Positions 63,332-64,000 of a DNA stretch of 64,000 bases are shown piece by piece. The notes below the pieces were generated by a model, which did not search any database, was not told the origin of the DNA, and was given only the letters and a program-made list of their open reading frames with translations. The translations under genes and the position numbers were made by a program. Position 1 is the stretch's first letter; each line of letters opens with the position of its first letter. The stretch lies in the NCBI GenBank assembly GCA_035654115.1, contig DASRXQ010000029.1:29187-93186 (forward strand), read 5' to 3'. Source of the stretch: Saprospiraceae bacterium. Its GTDB lineage: Bacteria > Bacteroidota > Bacteroidia > Chitinophagales > Saprospiraceae.

Positions 63332-64000
63332 TCAATCCACTATAATTTTCCTCACCACTCTCCCTTTTTTCACCTCAACCACCAACTCATACATACCCGG
63401 CGGAATTTCAAGCAGAAGTGTTACATTTCCATTCCCGGCAACAGGTGTTAATACTTCGTGTCCCTGCAGATCAAATAATCGTAATGTCGCTGGTTCGTGA
63501 TGATTCCATACTACATTCATAACGCCCACTACCGGATTTAGTGTGAAACGAACATCCAGTTCTTCCTCAAGTGTTGATTGCACAGAGACGTTAAGACATG
63601 TCAGACCAAAAACTGTATCCTGAAAAAATGTGATCGTATCCACTATTGAACCACCAGGACAATCAATGGTGTATTCTACCTGTCCTTTAAAACTTCTCAC
63701 CAGCGCAGTTCCATTGGCATTCGTAGTAGCTGCAGTATCCGTCCACCATTGGTGATAAACGAGATCAATAAACGCCTGCCCTGATGGTTTGAGACTCCAG
63801 TCCTGACGAAACAGCGGTGCATTGTTAAACCAATGTGCTCCATCCCAAAATCCCCACATCAGGATCGCATCCACGCTGGGATGACTAAACGACATCGTAT
63901 AAAAATCACGCAGATATTTCGCAGCGAGATCTTCATTGATCAATGGATGCATATCAAATTCAGTGATCTTTGCTCTGATGCCAAACGTTGTGTAATAATC
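63332..64000 (-). CDS. Glycoside hydrolase family 10 (xylanase-like), C-terminal part, with a T9SS type A CTD (5' end outside the window)
   Basis: The frame stays open to base 64000, giving ...GIRAKITEFDM (the GH10 nucleophile motif ITELD-like). It continues with ILMWGFWDGAHW and a C-terminal Por-secretion-tail-like segment (LRLFDLQGHEV...GMYELVV). Confidence 0.7.
   Translation of the reverse strand, partial: DYYTTFGIRAKITEFDMHPLINEDLAAKYLRDFYTMSFSHPSVDAILMWGFWDGAHWFNNAPLFRQDWSLKPSGQAFIDLVYHQWWTDTAATTNANGTALVRSFKGQVEYTIDCPGGSIVDTITFFQDTVFGLTCLNVSVQSTLEEELDVRFTLNPVVGVMNVVWNHHEPATLRLFDLQGHEVLTPVAGNGNVTLLLEIPPGMYELVVEVKKGRVVRKIIVD

Noticed and set aside
1-64000. Prophage, integrative element or transposon
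   Set aside because: No integrase, transposase, phage structural or conjugation genes were recognised, and no tRNA is present to serve as an attachment site.

Overview
This 64-kb window looks like a chromosomal segment of a Bacteroidota genome. The evidence is T9SS type A and type B C-terminal sorting domains, TAnnTTTG -7 promoter boxes close to start codons, no obvious Shine-Dalgarno sites, and many lipoprotein or beta-barrel signal peptides. I could not resolve the lineage further.

The housekeeping genes are clear: ligA (3' part), uvrB, dprA, rpoN, gltA, fadD-like and rpsA, plus a class-III aminotransferase, an alkaline phosphatase, a PpiD-like PPIase, a TetA-like MFS pump and a TPR-histidine kinase/LuxR pair.

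There are two accessory blocks:
- 21.0-31.0 kb is an AT-rich, all-plus-strand block of unannotatable genes. It starts with a PKD-like lipoprotein gene interrupted at a G10 tract. Next come duplicated small beta-rich envelope proteins, with a leftover 46-codon fragment of the lipoprotein gene. It ends with three translationally coupled DUF3857/transglutaminase-like/DUF3858 paralogs, two of which lack the catalytic Cys.
- 44.3-64.0 kb is a T9SS cargo island. It holds three giant adhesin-like proteins built from 15, 17 and 11 copies of a roughly 75-aa Cys-containing 'W(Q/E/N)DGS' repeat with type B CTDs. It also holds a CotH/lamin-tail protein and a GH10 xylanase, both with type A CTDs.

The intergenic DNA is unusually structured. 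Degenerate arrays with a strict 7-nt period begin at or next to stop codons. There are also several families of mini-hairpin (REP-like) repeats, a MITE-like inverted repeat made of GGATGCC heptamers, and a palindromic terminator family.

I found no rRNA, tRNA, CRISPR array, transposase or integrase.
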